64,000 nucleotides of DNA from Octopus sinensis. Its lineage: Eukaryota. Position 1 is the first letter of the stretch, and every line of letters starts with the position of its first letter. The stretch covers positions 75,206,001 through 75,270,000 of the forward strand of contig NC_043001.1 in NCBI RefSeq assembly GCF_006345805.1, in the 5' to 3' direction. The notes under the pieces were generated by a model, which was not told where the DNA came from, ran no database searches, and saw only the letters and a program-made list of their open reading frames with translations. Positions 51,086 to 64,000 of the stretch are shown here, piece after piece. Both the position numbers and the translations under genes were made by a program.

Positions 51086-51910
51086 ATAATTAGGGTTCAG
51101 CAAAAAAAAATTTGCTTTACCACACACTGAACTTTTAGAAATAGCAGCCAAATAATTTAGCTATTTCTTCTACTTTAAGAGGAGTCTCCCAGATAATGTA
51201 TACTCAAAACATTTCACGCCGGTATAGCGGGAAAAATAACGAAAGTTCACACGAAAGATTGATCACTTGTGTACGCATTTCTGGCTTAACTGGATATAGA
51301 GATGCTAGAAATACAAACTTATTCCAATATTCCCTGATAATATACTACAGATCCTTCTGTAGGAATTTGTTGCTCTATAACTCACGTGGGTGAACATGGG
51401 AGGATGCAAAGCCTCATTCGTACGGTTTGAATTCGTTAGTACTGGATGTTCGAGGTTAGTTCGTCTGAGGTACTCAAATCAGATGGGTAAGTTCGATTTT
51501 TAGTTCTCTCAAATTTAAATTTAATGAAATCATGTGCTGATGAAAGCAATATTGGAATAGGGTTGTATTTCTAGAATCTCTATATGCAATTAACTCAGAA
51601 ATGCGTTCACAAGTGATCAATCTTTCGAGTGAACTTTCGTTATTTTTCCCTCTATACCGGCGTGAAATGTTTTTGAGTATACATTATCTGGGAGACTCCT
51701 CTTAAAGTAGAAGATATAACTAAATTTTTTGGCTGCTATTTCTAAAAGTTCAGTGTGTGGTAAAGCAAAACTTTTTTTGGCTGAACCCCAATTATATAAA
51801 ATAATGTTTAAATTTACCGTAAATGGACCTTTTACACACTGAATACTGCTTGGTAAAATTATTAATTACTAATTAATTAATTAATTAATTTTACCCTTAT
51901 TATTATTATT
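51086..51910. mobile_element. Foldback element with ~260-bp inverted arms plus a 3' extension
   Basis: 51086-51340 is the reverse complement of ~51540-51780. Confidence 0.8.
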
Positions 51911-51944
51911 ATTGAAAATATACATACATATATATATATATATG

Positions 51945-52035
<91 letters not shown>

Positions 52036-52705
52036 ATTTATATGTGTATATTTATATATGTCTATATATGTTTCTATATGTCAAGCCTAGTCATGTTTAT
52101 TTGCACCACTATCTCCCTATCAGCTCACTTGGTTTTCTTTTATAGCTACTCTTGACCACGTTGACCTAGTTCTCGACAAACATTTCGGAGCGAAGCTCAA
52201 ATGTTTTGAACACTGATATATGTTCTCTAAGCAGAACATCGCCAGCTTTCATCTTTTGACTTCATATGTATATGTAGAGGTGCGTGGCTTAGTAGTTAGA
52301 GGTGTTGTACTGAGTGATTCTTAGCGTTCCTGAGGAAAACGTTTCATTTCACGTTGCTCCAGTTCACTCAGCTGGCAATAATGAGTATTCTTGTGACGTA
52401 TAGCCTTCCCATCTAGGTCGTGGCGAATATATACGTCACAAAATCGGGGAAACATACCTTATCTTCGGAAAGGGCCTTTGATAATTTTTCGAATTGTGTC
52501 ACGGTATTTTTTTTATTCAAAAAGGGTGGATTACCACATTAAGGCGTGGTTTCTTGTAGTAGTTCTTATACGAAAAGATATGAAAGCAGTAGACAAAAAT
52601 ACGTAGGATGTCCTAAGAAATATAAATAAATGGGTACAGAAAATTTGAACTGTGAGAGTTTCCTTTTCTATAATGTTTCATTCAGTGAGTAAAAAGTAAA
52701 CATAC

Positions 52706-52838
52706 CTGTATCCAACTGATTTACAGAAAACTTGGGCATCAATGTCATTCCAATTACTATCTGATAATGTCATCCATTTACCCTTATAATACACTTCTGC
52801 TGCTCCTACTGTGGAAGCTTCAGAAATACGAAATAGTT
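52706..52838 (-). CDS. SRCR gene exon 3: domain 2 N-half, LFRISEASTVGAAEVYYKGKWMTLSDSNWNDIDAQVFCKSVGY
   Basis: cctccAG acceptor, GTATGT donor; 133 nt; 84-nt intron after exon 2; the WGTVC Cys is replaced by Ser. Confidence 0.95.
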
Positions 52839-52922
52839 CTGGAGGAAATAAAATAATGAAATAATCAGAAACTTTATATTTATTTAGCTGAGTGTAGCTT
52901 AAATATGTTAAACAATACTTAC

Positions 52923-53092
52923 GAGCTGTACAATGTACGCCAGTGTCTTCACTATGTTGGCAGTCATGATTACCCCATGCGTTATGCGAGCAAGAATCAA
53001 GTGATAACTCTGTCCCGGAACATGTTACTTCGTCCAATATAATTTTACCTTGACCATCTACAGTCAATGTATTAATTATAGAAACACCAGAG
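52923..53092 (-). CDS. SRCR gene exon 2: domain 1 C-half, SGVSIINTLTVDGQGKIILDEVTCSGTELSLDSCSHNAWGNHDCQHSEDTGVHCTA
   Basis: cttttcAG acceptor, GTAAGT donor; 170 nt, phase 2 to 1; four conserved Cys and HxEDxGVxC. Confidence 0.96.
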
Positions 53093-53120
53093 CTGAAAAG
53101 AAATATCTTTATATAGTTTC

Positions 53121-53345
53121 TACAAAGGTTCAGTGTAGCATACATAAGTTCCTGGTTTCGGGAAAAAGAAAGTTCAGGGTATCAGTTAATTATGATTTTA
53201 TTCAAGATATTCTTCTCTCAGATTCACAGACTTATTGCAGCGGTCCTTCAGTTTTTCTAAGCCCTTTAAATGGAACTCGGAAGTTTGGGTCTCCGGCCAA
53301 GCCTTTCGCGATACCCTTAAAGCTAGGAACTTTTCAGGGCCCTTC

Positions 53346-53346
<1 letters not shown>
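53121..53346 (-). mobile_element. Internally deleted mariner remnant (left boundary approximate)
   Basis: TA-CGAAGGGCCCTGAAAAGTTC terminus; KLKDRCNKSVNLREEYLE transposase C-terminus. Confidence 0.7.
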
Positions 53347-53389
<43 letters not shown>

Positions 53390-53436
53390 TGTATGTATGT
53401 GTGTAGAAGGTTGAAAGGAACACACGAGTTGATGCA

Positions 53437-53785
53437 TATGGAAAAAAGTCAAGGTTGAAAATGCTAAAATAATTTTCTAAAAAACATTTCAGTACCGGTT
53501 TCAGTCATAGAGACTCTTTCAACTGTCAGTATGGAAAACAATTAAATTTTGGAAAAATTAAAAGAAAAGTTTTTCAAAAGAATAGTGTTCAAATACAAGT
53601 GGCATTTTCCTTGCATCTGCCTGTTTCTGTTGCTCTTGTTTACTCGTGTGGGTTCGAGGTCTTTCTTTAATTTTTCCAAAATTTAATTGTTTTCCATACT
53701 TACAGTTGAAAAAATATCAATGACTGAAACCGGTACTGAAATGCTTTTTATAAAAATATTTTAGCATTTTCTACCTTGATTTTTT

Positions 53786-53792
<7 letters not shown>
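53437..53792. repeat. Inverted-repeat element with ~130-bp arms
   Basis: atatggaaaaaagtcaagg..cagtaccggtttcagtcat / atgactgaaaccggtactg..ccttgattttttccatat. Confidence 0.85.
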
Positions 53793-53849
<57 letters not shown>

Positions 53850-53852
53850 TAT

Positions 53853-53899
<47 letters not shown>

Positions 53900-53923
53900 A
53901 TATATATATATATATATAATATA

Positions 53924-53995
<72 letters not shown>

Positions 53996-54289
53996 GTGTG
54001 CATGCATCTGTGTTGTTTGTGTGTGTTTGTGTGTGTGTGCGCGCGTGTGTGTATGAGCATATATATATATATACACGATATTATCTGGCTAATAATTTCA
54101 TAACGTGTATATACGATATACCATATGCCATCATACAACATGGTTATTGCTTATACTGGATATACATGTGAAAATATATGTAAAAATTTATACAACAATA
54201 AGATGGAAGAAATAAGCTTTAATTGGAAAATACAATTCTTACGTTGCTAGCTGCTGAATATTTCATATTAGATAAATTCTTTTCTACTC

Positions 54290-54712
54290 TAGGCACAAGG
54301 CCCAAAATTTTGGGGGAGGGTTCCAGTCGATTACATCGACCCCAGTACGCAATTGGTACTTAATTCATCTACCCCGAAAGCATGAAAGGCAAAGTCGACC
54401 TCTGCGGAATTTAAACACAGAACGTAAAGACAGACGAAATACCTATTTCTTTACTACCCACAAGGGGCTAAACACAGAGGGGACAAACAAGGGCAGGCAA
54501 ACAGATTAAGTGGATTACATCTACCCCAGTGCGTAACTGGTACTTATTTAATCGACCCTGAAACGATGAATGGCAAAGTCGATCTCGGCGGAATTTGAAT
54601 TCAGAACGTAGCGGCAGACAAAATACCTATTTCTTTACTACCCACAAGGGGCTAAACACAGAGGGGATAAACAAGGACAGACAAACGGATTAAGTCGATT
54701 ATATCGACCCCA
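54290..54712 (-). mobile_element. SINE family B tandem array (about 2.3 units of ~185 bp)
   Basis: B-box and core repeated with the same linker as at 35630-35700. Confidence 0.8.
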
Positions 54713-54714
54713 AG

Positions 54715-55697
54715 ATGACTCACTTTCACCTTCAATTTTTTGCATAGTTCTAATAGCCCTTAAAAGTGAACTTAATGGAACTGAGTAAGGATATAAAATT
54801 GACGACAAGAAAATAACTTACCTATTTTATATGGATGACTTACCTATTTGATATGGCAAAGACGATAATGAGCTCGAAGTACTACTACGCAGTTGCTATT
54901 GATATTTTTGCGGTCAGTACTCTTGTTTGAGGAAGTTTGAAATCACAGGAGAAATTTTGAAGATATCCAGCGATTTCAACATCCATGAATGCGGTATGCT
55001 GTCAAAGGCCTTTTTATAATAAATTCATACGGAACTGAGATTTCTGCGTTTGTTATGACAGTTCTCAAGGATTTAAGAGTTGGTCTTTGCATCCATATGA
55101 ACCTCGTTGGCACCCTTTTTGTTCAGTGGAGAAAATATCATTCTGTTCCATAGATTTGTATGTTTTCACTACGAGGATGTACATTAAAATTTTGTACGTG
55201 GTAGATAGAAATGTTATGGGCCGATAGTTTTGGAAAAATTTGGTTTCATTATTCTTCGGGAGTAGGTAAATTAATACCTATTGCTAATTAATCAAGTAGG
55301 ATCTCTCATGATTTCATTGAATAATTTAACTAACTTTTCGTGTGCGCACGGCAGCGATGCGAGCCAGAAATTCTTCCCATGCTTCCTCTGGTAAATTTTG
55401 GTGGGATAATTTTTGCATCTAATCCAGTCTGCATTTTCATTGTATGTGGTTTTCATAACTTCAGATATTTTTCCAAAAGTTTTCAACTTCTTCCATAGGA
55501 GGTCGTGGTGGGGAAAAGGTTTTTAACGTTTATTTTCTCCTTCCCTATTCCTCTGTAAAATGTTTTCGCATTGGATTGGAACAGCTTATTTTGCTTGTAA
55601 AATTTGTTTCTCCTCGTATTCTTTGAGCGTTTGCTTGGACATTTTGCTGCAGTGTTTCTTTTGTTGAAAGCAGTTCTTTTTTTGTTGAGAGTCTATG

Positions 55698-55700
<3 letters not shown>
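54715..55700 (-). mobile_element. Decayed R4/Dong-type LINE fragment with an internal inversion
   Basis: Minus strand 55700 to 54900 runs to YKKAFDSIPHSW; the next RT block (DSLSP..YLFYMDDL) lies at 54715-54895 on +; (AAT)n at the 5' side. Confidence 0.75.
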
Positions 55701-55757
<57 letters not shown>

Positions 55758-56685
55758 AATAATAATAATATTATTATTATCATCATCATCATCATCGTGC
55801 CCCAGCATAGCCGCGGCCTTCGGGCCTAAACACTTTTAAGGATTTAAGGATTATCATTATTATTGTTGTTGTTTTGTTTCCTGTGTGTTGTTCCAAGTCT
55901 CACTCAGAAATCCCTTGAAAGTGCAAGTTTGATGTTTTACTGTGGCTGTAATTAAGAAGTAGCGATACTGTATTTCAGAGGCCAAAAAAATAGTGAAAAT
56001 TAAGGTTCCATTAAAGGTTTATTGTAATATTTGCAAATTTCAGAGATTTAAAAAATTTAAATATTCTCAGGTTGACCGTGTTTTTCTTAGGATTTGAACA
56101 GTACTTTTGTGAGCAATTTTTCTTAGTACTAATATTCCTGGATTTCCTCGTATTTGTCCATAATGGTTAAGAGTGTCTTTTGGTATTATCTCAAAAGCTC
56201 CGTTGATTACAGACACAGTTGTCGTTCTTAGTCGCCAGATTCTGTGACCTTTATTTCAAGGACCTTGTATTTACTTAACTGTTCAAACGTTTTTACCAAG
56301 ATGTTGCACTCCACTACGATTGATGAGTAAACATGATGTCAATCTATCTATTGTAGGCGCACGAATACTTTGAAGACTTAGATCTACAAACAAAACTTGC
56401 TGGTGGTCACCGAGAAGAGTAATTGATTCATAGTGATGAAGTTATTGTTTAACAAGTTTCCACCAACTTTGAGAATTAGAAGCAAGAGTAATAGAACTGC
56501 CATTGTGAAAATGAGAAAAAATGATCCACGTGTAAGATCATCATATAGTTCAATAGGTTGGAGACAGCGAAGACATTCTTTAATTTTCTTTTTATAGTTA
56601 CACACATTTTCAAAATAACGCATCTTAACATCAAATAGAAGCTTATGTTTTTTTTTCATATGCTAATAACCAAAGTGTATATTAC

Positions 56686-56821
56686 CTGTATCCAAGCATT
56701 CTACAGAAAACGGTAGAACTTGCATTGTTCCAGCTATCATCACAAATAGTACCCCAGCTTCCATTATGAAATATTTCAGCACGTCCTTTTAATTCGTATC
56801 GCACTATTTTTTGAGGTAAAG
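56686..56821 (-). CDS. SRCR gene exon 1: domain 1 N-half, [44 protein letters not shown]
   Basis: tttatAG acceptor, GTAATA donor; 136 nt, phase 1 to 2; SRCR motifs [15 protein letters not shown] and VFCRMLGY. Confidence 0.95.
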
Positions 56822-57654
56822 CTATAAAGTAAATATTTATAAATGATTTACAAAACTGTCGTCAGCCATTGTTTATTTTTACTTATACAACTCATTAATC
56901 AAACAGGTCACACATAGGTCATGAATAAATGATGTAAGTTCGAGGTATGAATAAATCGGCGACGAATAGATAATGATACTCAGGGTTCAAAGTTGCGCAA
57001 CTTTTCAAAACCTTGCCAAAAGGCCCCTTCTCCGAGGTATAAATGAGGATGTCTTCAAATTTAATTTGATATAAATAATGAAACTATATCACCGCAAGAA
57101 ACGCAGAGAAAGGCAGCTCTGCACAACTCACGACTCCAACAAGACCGATTCCAGAGAGACTGGGAAGTAAGTTTAAAATTAACCTGAGCATTAGCGCAAA
57201 CGGCAGCGGCCCAAAATAAACACAACCTCTGGTTCAAACCGATAAGAGAATAACAGAATAGAATTATTGAATATATTAGAAAATACTTATAATTTAATTG
57301 TATGGTATCCAGTCTGTTATATCGTATTAGATCAGCCAAAACAAGAAGGAAAATGCAGAATCGACCTTTCTCATTAAGTGTTGTGATTTTGAATAGCGTA
57401 ACGTCACTGATTACTATTTCATTTAAATGGTAACAAAACAGGTGAGACAGGAAGAAAGTAATTTCACATGAAAATACTACGATTTCTGGATACAGGGAAA
57501 AATGGTTGGTGCTATATATTTACCAATTCAAAAATGGAATACAGACACAATGAAGACATGTCTCATTTATGATTCATATGACATATATGTATATATACAT
57601 ACATACATATATATATATATATACATATAATATATATATATAAATATATATATT

Positions 57655-59620
57655 CCCACACACAACATCCACATTCAACAACAATGAAAAGACTAGAGCT
57701 GGAAAAACTTCATCTGCAGACTAACGTGAAAACCTCCATTGAAAATCAAAGAGCTGTGGAGGAACAATGGGTAATCAAAAACATCAAACAGAACCCAAAA
57801 GTGTTCTATTCTTATGCAAATAAGCATAGAACCACTGTCTCACCTATTGGGCCATTGATTGATGATAACGGCATTCCCCAACACGATGCTAAAGAAATGG
57901 CAGAAATACTGCAGAAACAATATTGCTCTGTCTTCAGTGTTCCCACTGATATTGACGTGAGGGAAACGAACGAAGTTGACTCCCAACACAAAATCGCAGA
58001 CATAACCTTCACTGCCACCGACATCGTTGCAGCAATAAATGAGGTCAAACATTACTCTGCTGTAGGCCCTGATAGATTTCCCGCTAGTCTCCTGAAGGAA
58101 TGTAGATATCAACTTGCAGTCCCTCTGACCAACCTCTGGAGAAATTCGTTAGACGCAGGTTATATACCGAAACAGTTTCTATCCCAGTCGGTCATCCCGG
58201 TTTTCAAACAGGGAAACAGATCCCTCGCAGTCAACTATCGCCCAATCTCACTCACCTCCCACTCACCTCCCACATCATTAAAGTGTTTGAAAGAGTGTTA
58301 AGATCAAGGATAGCTGACTTCCTGGAGACCCACAAACTCCTAAATTCTAACACAGCTCTAACACCACATTGAAGATGTACTCAAAGCCTTGGGAACAGGT
58401 TCGAACTCTGACGTCATATATCTTGATTTCAGTAAAGCGTTTGACAGGGTAGACCATAACATCCTACTCTCAAAATTGGCAAATGTTGGAATCCGTGGAA
58501 AAGTTCTACACTGGATTAAGTATTTCCTGGCGAATAGAACACAACATGTTGTAGTTGATGGAGTCCCAGCAAAAGTCACCAGCGGTGTTCCCCAGGGAAC
58601 TGTTTTGGGTCCGCTACTCTTCATAATTTACGTAAACGACCTTTCCAGTGTCGTACATCACTGCAAAGTGAAAATATTCGCTGATGACACTAAGCTCCAG
58701 CAAATCGTCAATGAAGAAGCAGACCGAACTCAACTCCAGTCTGATCTATATGGGCAGACAGAAACAAAATGCAACTGAATGAGGGAAAATTTGAGCTGAT
58801 GCATTTTGGAAGAAATTCCTCACTAAAACAACCATACTCTCTTCCTTCAGGGGAACCGCTCACAGCCTCTAACAATATCAGAGACCTGGGTGTAATTGTT
58901 GATGACGATCTCAGTTGGAGTGCACACATCAACAAGAAGGTCGATATAGCTCGTAGGATGAGTTCCTGGATCTTAAGAACTTTCCAATCCTAGAACAAGG
59001 TGTCATCATACCACTTTTTTCCTCCTTTGTACGGCCACACCTTGAATACTGCTGCCCACTGTGGTCTCCTCACACAAGATAAAACATCTCCAGAATTGAG
59101 TCACCCCAGAGGGCACTCACTAAACAAATTGAAGGCATGGCTGCTCTCGATTATTGGGATCGCCTTAAAGCCTTGAAACTTTATTCCCTCCAGCGTCGCC
59201 GTGAGCGGTACATCATTTGTACGATGTGGAAAATATACCGCCAACTTTGCCCAAACGACCTAAACATAAGCTTCAAGGCTCATCCAAGACTTGGACCACG
59301 GGCTATACGTCCCCTGCCAAATTCAAGATCACAACATACATGTACACTGCAACATAATTTCTTTTCCTCAACAGGCCCTGCCCTATTTAACATTGTCCCG
59401 AGGGAGATCAAAGAGGAAAAGGATCCCATCAACTTTAAACAGAGTCTGGATAGATTCTTTCAAAGAATACCAGATAAGCCACCCATAATTGGATACAACT
59501 CACCCAACAAGAACTCACTACTTGAACAAAACTTGACTTAAACAGGATTCGAATAATCCTATCAGGTGGTGCTTTAAGTTAGACATGGCCTGGACCAATC
59601 TCTGGTCGAAACATATCTAA
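57655..59620 (+). mobile_element. 5'-truncated, frameshifted CR1-clade LINE (RT)
   Basis: NYRPISLTS, YLDFSKAFDRVDH, SGVPQGTVLGPLLF, IFADDTKL, RDLGVI, RPHLEYC, LYSLQRRRER; tail (tctaagttta)2. Confidence 0.93.
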
Positions 59621-59644
59621 GTTTATCTAAGTTTATATATATAC

Positions 59645-59681
<37 letters not shown>

Positions 59682-59920
59682 TAAACATACATATATATAA
59701 AAATTAGGAAGATAAAATTATTTTGAACAGAATAATACTGAACAGTATATATAAAGGACAAGATCCTTTTAAGAACAGAAAAATTAGCCGGCAAATATTT
59801 CTGCTCATAAAAGGATTTTATCATTTATATATACGTGTTGAAAAACATTTATCTTTCTCCTTGTTCTACAATACATTTCAACGCTTTAAAAACAAACTTA
59901 CGTTTGTTTGTATATGATGG

Positions 59921-59988
<68 letters not shown>

Positions 59989-60004
59989 TACACACACAGA
60001 CACA

Positions 60005-60053
<49 letters not shown>

Positions 60054-60139
60054 GTTATCTTTACTTTGTTATCTCCCCTACCTTCCTTCACGTGCGTGAC
60101 CCTTCTGTCCGAGTCTGACGCCATGATAGATCGTTAGCC

Positions 60140-60300
60140 ACTACACACATCTTTTTCTCTCCTTGTTTTTTCTGTGTCCCTTTCTGTAGAAGAGCGTAAG
60201 CTCGAAACGTAAAAGACTTTTTCTATTGCTATGTTTCGAGCCTACGCTCTTCAACAGAAAGGAACACAAAAATAAACAGAGAGAAAATACAAAAAAAGGT
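60140..60300. repeat. Inverted repeat of a hammerhead-like, Penelope pLTR-type motif
   Basis: ctgtagaagagcgtaagctcgaaac on + and ctgttgaagagcgtaggctcgaaac on -. Confidence 0.6.
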
Positions 60301-60414
60301 TTCCTGGCTGGCGATCAATATATATATATATGATCTGAAGATCCAATATACTAGACCGCTGGTTTTTAAATTGATATTAATCAAATTAATATTCAATTTC
60401 TCACTCTTATTATT

Positions 60415-60449
<35 letters not shown>

Positions 60450-60919
60450 TCCTCCAGTTCACCGTCGTAGATATATATCGATCCTATAACGCTGAAATCC
60501 GAACACGATAAACCGTTACATGTAAAGGTTTATTTTTTTGTAACTGTAGCAACTCTGCTACTTCTCCGCCTAGGAATACAGTATAAGTAAATCCAGATAC
60601 TCAGCATTTGACGACATAACAGTACCAAATAAGTTTTTTTTCTGCATTTTTTGTTGGCTTGTGGCAGGATATGATTAAAAGTCTGCAAGCCACCACACTA
60701 ATCAATAACTGTATCGATTACTCAATCGATAAAGTGTTCTCAAATGTAGCTAAAACTACAGCTACGTCACCGGTTATTTTGCTGTCAACTATCATTACCA
60801 GCAACAGATGTTCTGGTGGCAAAATAGAACACAAATTTGGAATACTAAACAAGACCTTTATGGAATTCGTCAGAGCTCTAACTCTTGTTACTTTGTTTAA
60901 ATATAAATTTACAACTTAC

Positions 60920-60970
60920 AAACTGATGAAACATCATATGAGCTCACAAGAAAGATGACAGCCACCAAAT
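60920..60970 (-). CDS. SRCR gene exon 0 (first found): likely C-terminal half of a signal peptide, xLVAVIFLVSSYDVSSV
   Basis: Strong acceptor ttttcttatatttctttcactAG and donor GTAAGT; 51 nt; only the phase-1/phase-1 reading is open; hydrophobic; joins in frame to 56821 (VSSVSLPQK). Confidence 0.7.
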
Positions 60971-61325
60971 CTAGTGAAAGAAATATAAGAAAATATCAAA
61001 TATTTTGTAGAAAATGTTATGGGATATGAAGAATAATATTTGCGAGATGATTCTGTGAACATTAATGGTTTGTAAACTGAAAATGAAAAAAATATTTTAT
61101 CGGGAATACTATTTCATCGTTCAAATAGTAAATTACAATTACATTTTGAGACCTGTAATTACGTTAACATAATCTTGTTGTCGGTGGGTGAGTATCTGTC
61201 CTGTAGGGAAACACTGGTTTCAGTAATTTGAATTTTCGGCTTGACATCAATCCCGCATTGACTCCAATTCTGGCTGCTACTTTTCTTCAGAAAAGAAGCT
61301 CGGATACTTCACTCTATAATTATTA

Positions 61326-62940
61326 TCTATATATATAAAAATGAAGTTGTGTGAGTGTCTGTCTCCTTCGATTTCGATTCCTAACTACTCCCACATTTTG
61401 CGGTGCAGTTTAAGCAAATTTGGGTATCTTATAGTCGTGATTCATATCAAGCCCGTCTGGGTATTAGCGCGCGTCTACAATGAGTCTACGATTTAAAAAA
61501 TAATTTACCATAATTTTTTTCCATTTTAACGCATATCTATATATATAAAAGTGAAGTTGTGTGAGTGATGCTCACACCTGCACCTGTGTTGCTTCTCCCC
61601 CTTCCCTCCCTCGTGAAGCTGTGGGTAAGGGAGTGTAAGGAAATCAACGTCGTAAAGCGTTGTCAAGGAGACCAGCGTTCTTTTAGAACAACGACTTCAT
61701 GGCTTGAAGTCGCCAAAACAGAAATGGCTAAGAAAGCCCGAAAGCAAATTCTACAAAATCGGGAAACACGCCACACAGGGAAGGTTTCCCGAGCAAATAA
61801 TTTGCACAACCGAATGTTATAGTTGTTGCACAACTTTTACTTAAAAAATATTATCCAAACACTAACTTTTGAAGGCAATATTGTATGGCGATGGTACTTG
61901 TGAAATATGGTAATGGATTTAGTAGCCAAAAGGAGAGAGCAGAGGCATAGTATGGTGGTGGTGGAGGCGGTGGTGGCGGTGGTGCTGGTGGTGGTGATGG
62001 TGGTCGTGGTCGTGGTGGTCGTGTTTGTGGTGGTGGTGGTGGTGTTGTTGTTGTTGGTGGTGGTGGGGGTGGTGAAGATGGTAGTGGTGGTGGTGGTGAT
62101 GGTCGTCGTCGTCGTGGTCTTCATGATGGTGGTGGTGATGGTCATGAGCGTAGTGGTGGTGGTGGTCATGGTGGTAGTGGTGATGGTGTTGGTCGTGGTG
62201 GTGGTGGTGGTGGTGGCTGAAGCTGTTGTCTGGGTTCTTCCAATTTTTTCGTGTGTCGGTGGTGGCGTTGGCGTTCATGCTCGCACCTGCACCTGTGTAG
62301 CTCCTCCCCTTCTTCCCTCCCTCGTGAAGCTGTGGGGAAGGCAGGGTAGGGAAATCAACGTCGTAAAGCGTTGTCAAGGAGACCAGAGTTCTTTTAGAAC
62401 AACGACTTCATGGCTTGAAGTCGCCAAAACAGAAATCGCTAAAAAAGCTGAAACAGATCCACAAAAACGGCAAAAACCGCCACACAGGGCAGGTTTCCTG
62501 TACAAACAATTTGCACAACCGAATGTTTTAGTTGTTGCACAAATCTTTATATATAAAAGTGAAGTTGTGTGTCTGTCTCCTACGATTTAGATTCCTAACT
62601 ACTCCCACATTTTGCGGTGCAGTTTAACCAAAACCGGGTATCTTATAGTCGTGATTCATATCGAGCCCTTCTGGGTATTAGCGCACGGCTACGATGAGTC
62701 TACGATTTAAAAAAAAATTTACAATCATTTTTTCCATTTTAATGCATTTTTTCGCTATTATATAAGGGAAGTAACTCTCTAAAAATGTCTACGATGAGTC
62801 AACGATTTAAAAGAAAAATTACCATCATTTTTATTCCATTTTTAATGCATTTTTTTGCTATTTTTTTGCTATAACTCTTTAAAAATGCTTATATAGTTAT
62901 ATCCCTTACAAACCCGAGCAACGCCGGGCGATACTGCTAG
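61326..62940 (+). mobile_element. Composite Helitron-type element: three 5' heads, a duplicated captured segment and a GC-rich (GGT)n tract
   Basis: TC(T/A)tatatataaaa heads at 61326, 61536 and 62544; 3' cccgagcaacgccggg hairpin followed by CTAG-T at 62937-62941; 61565-61850 is repeated at ~62280-62543. Confidence 0.75.
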
Positions 62941-64000
62941 TTCTCTATAAATTTTGTTACCTTGTACCTAACACAAAGCGTTACTGAATTTGAAAAATGA
63001 CACTGAATGAAATTAAGCGACCTTATTCTCAGAAACGTTTGTGCTGCTTCTACAAACGCAACGATAAAATTTTTTAATTTCTAAAAGCTGATCATAAAAT
63101 TACATTGTTTCAGACAAAACGCAGAATATTTTCACAAATGCCCTTTTACAGAATTAAGAGGTTTCTAAAAACAAAGTATACATAATCGACTTTAAAAATT
63201 CTATTTGAAACAAAGTCGCAGAAATTTTGTAAAATTGTTAGAAATTTCGTTTAAATAACATATGGGAATTTCTTGTTTGCAGAAGCACCAATGTTTAAAT
63301 AGATCAATGTGTAAATTTGATCAAAAGTAATGGTAATAGATTTCCAGATATCTTAAGTCTTCGAATCTTTTATTTCAGCATCTATTTGCAGTTTTTGCTT
63401 ACTGTCTATATAACAATTATTAGTTTGCTGTCTCTGTATACGGATTATCTAATATGCTGTCTTATATATACATGATCTGGTTTATTATCTATGCAAGAAT
63501 TATCAGTTTATTTTCTATTATAAAAGCACATATATAAATACCGTTATGGTACAGAGAAGGGCTTAACTATCGCCTGATCACGACCTAGTTATTTGCAATC
63601 AGAGATTATCTACTGCAGGTTGTGTGTGTCCAAGGTGATTTACAAGATGAATTGGGAAGCACTAACTCTACATGATGAAATCAGAAACAAATACGCGGTA
63701 ACTATGCTGTGATAGTTTCTTCTTCAAGTATGAACGAGAGCGGCTTGGTGTGACACCAGGTGGTAAAAGAACCCCCTACTTTAGCCATATATGGATATAT
63801 AAATAATGGACGGATATACAAATAATGTGGTTATAACAACTGTTTGAAGCCAAATAATGAGTTGGCTTTGATTTCGTGTTTGAAAATTTCTTTGTAAAAG
63901 TCATTGAAATGTAATCTATTCTATTTTTCCTTCCTAAAAAATCTAAGTTATATAGGTTAAAAAAAAATTAGCCTATATGAATTGAGTGCGATCCTTCAGT

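Noticed and set aside
57061-57339. Minus-strand ORF with hydrophobic YFLIYSIILFCYSLI as the signal-peptide exon
   Set aside because: It starts at TTG, its only phase-1 donor is weak, and 60920-60970 has much stronger splice sites in the correct phase.

Overview
AT-rich, microsatellite-dense eukaryotic DNA. The tRNA-headed SINE families and (AT)/(AC)/(AAT) load suggest an octopod cephalopod (inference, no database search). The main feature is a minus-strand gene, almost invisible in the ORF track, that I assembled by hand from 16 small GT-AG exons between 60970 and 3621. It encodes part of a signal peptide followed by 7.5 directly abutting group-A-type SRCR (scavenger receptor cysteine-rich) domains. 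Each domain is split by a phase-2 intron after LG[YFN] and separated from the next by a phase-1 intron; all 15 junctions are in frame with no stops (2272 nt). The ATG exon and the 3' end were not found in the window. Domains 1, 3, 4 and 6 have the canonical 6 Cys; domains 2, 5 and 7 show paired Cys loss or replacement. The introns hold an RTE LINE, a CR1 LINE, several R4/Dong-type LINE pieces, Penelope-like elements, mariner and hAT remnants, Helitron-type non-autonomous elements, foldback hairpins and many SINEs. Most notable accessory signals: (i) an (AAT)n hotspot (25.3-35.1 kb) with six copies of a ~555-nt non-coding retroposon interleaved with R4/Dong LINEs; (ii) a 2.1-kb gag/ORF1-only element with a 14-bp TSD inserted in a SINE head; (iii) inverted Penelope copies bracketing exactly two SRCR domains; (iv) degenerate hammerhead-like cores.
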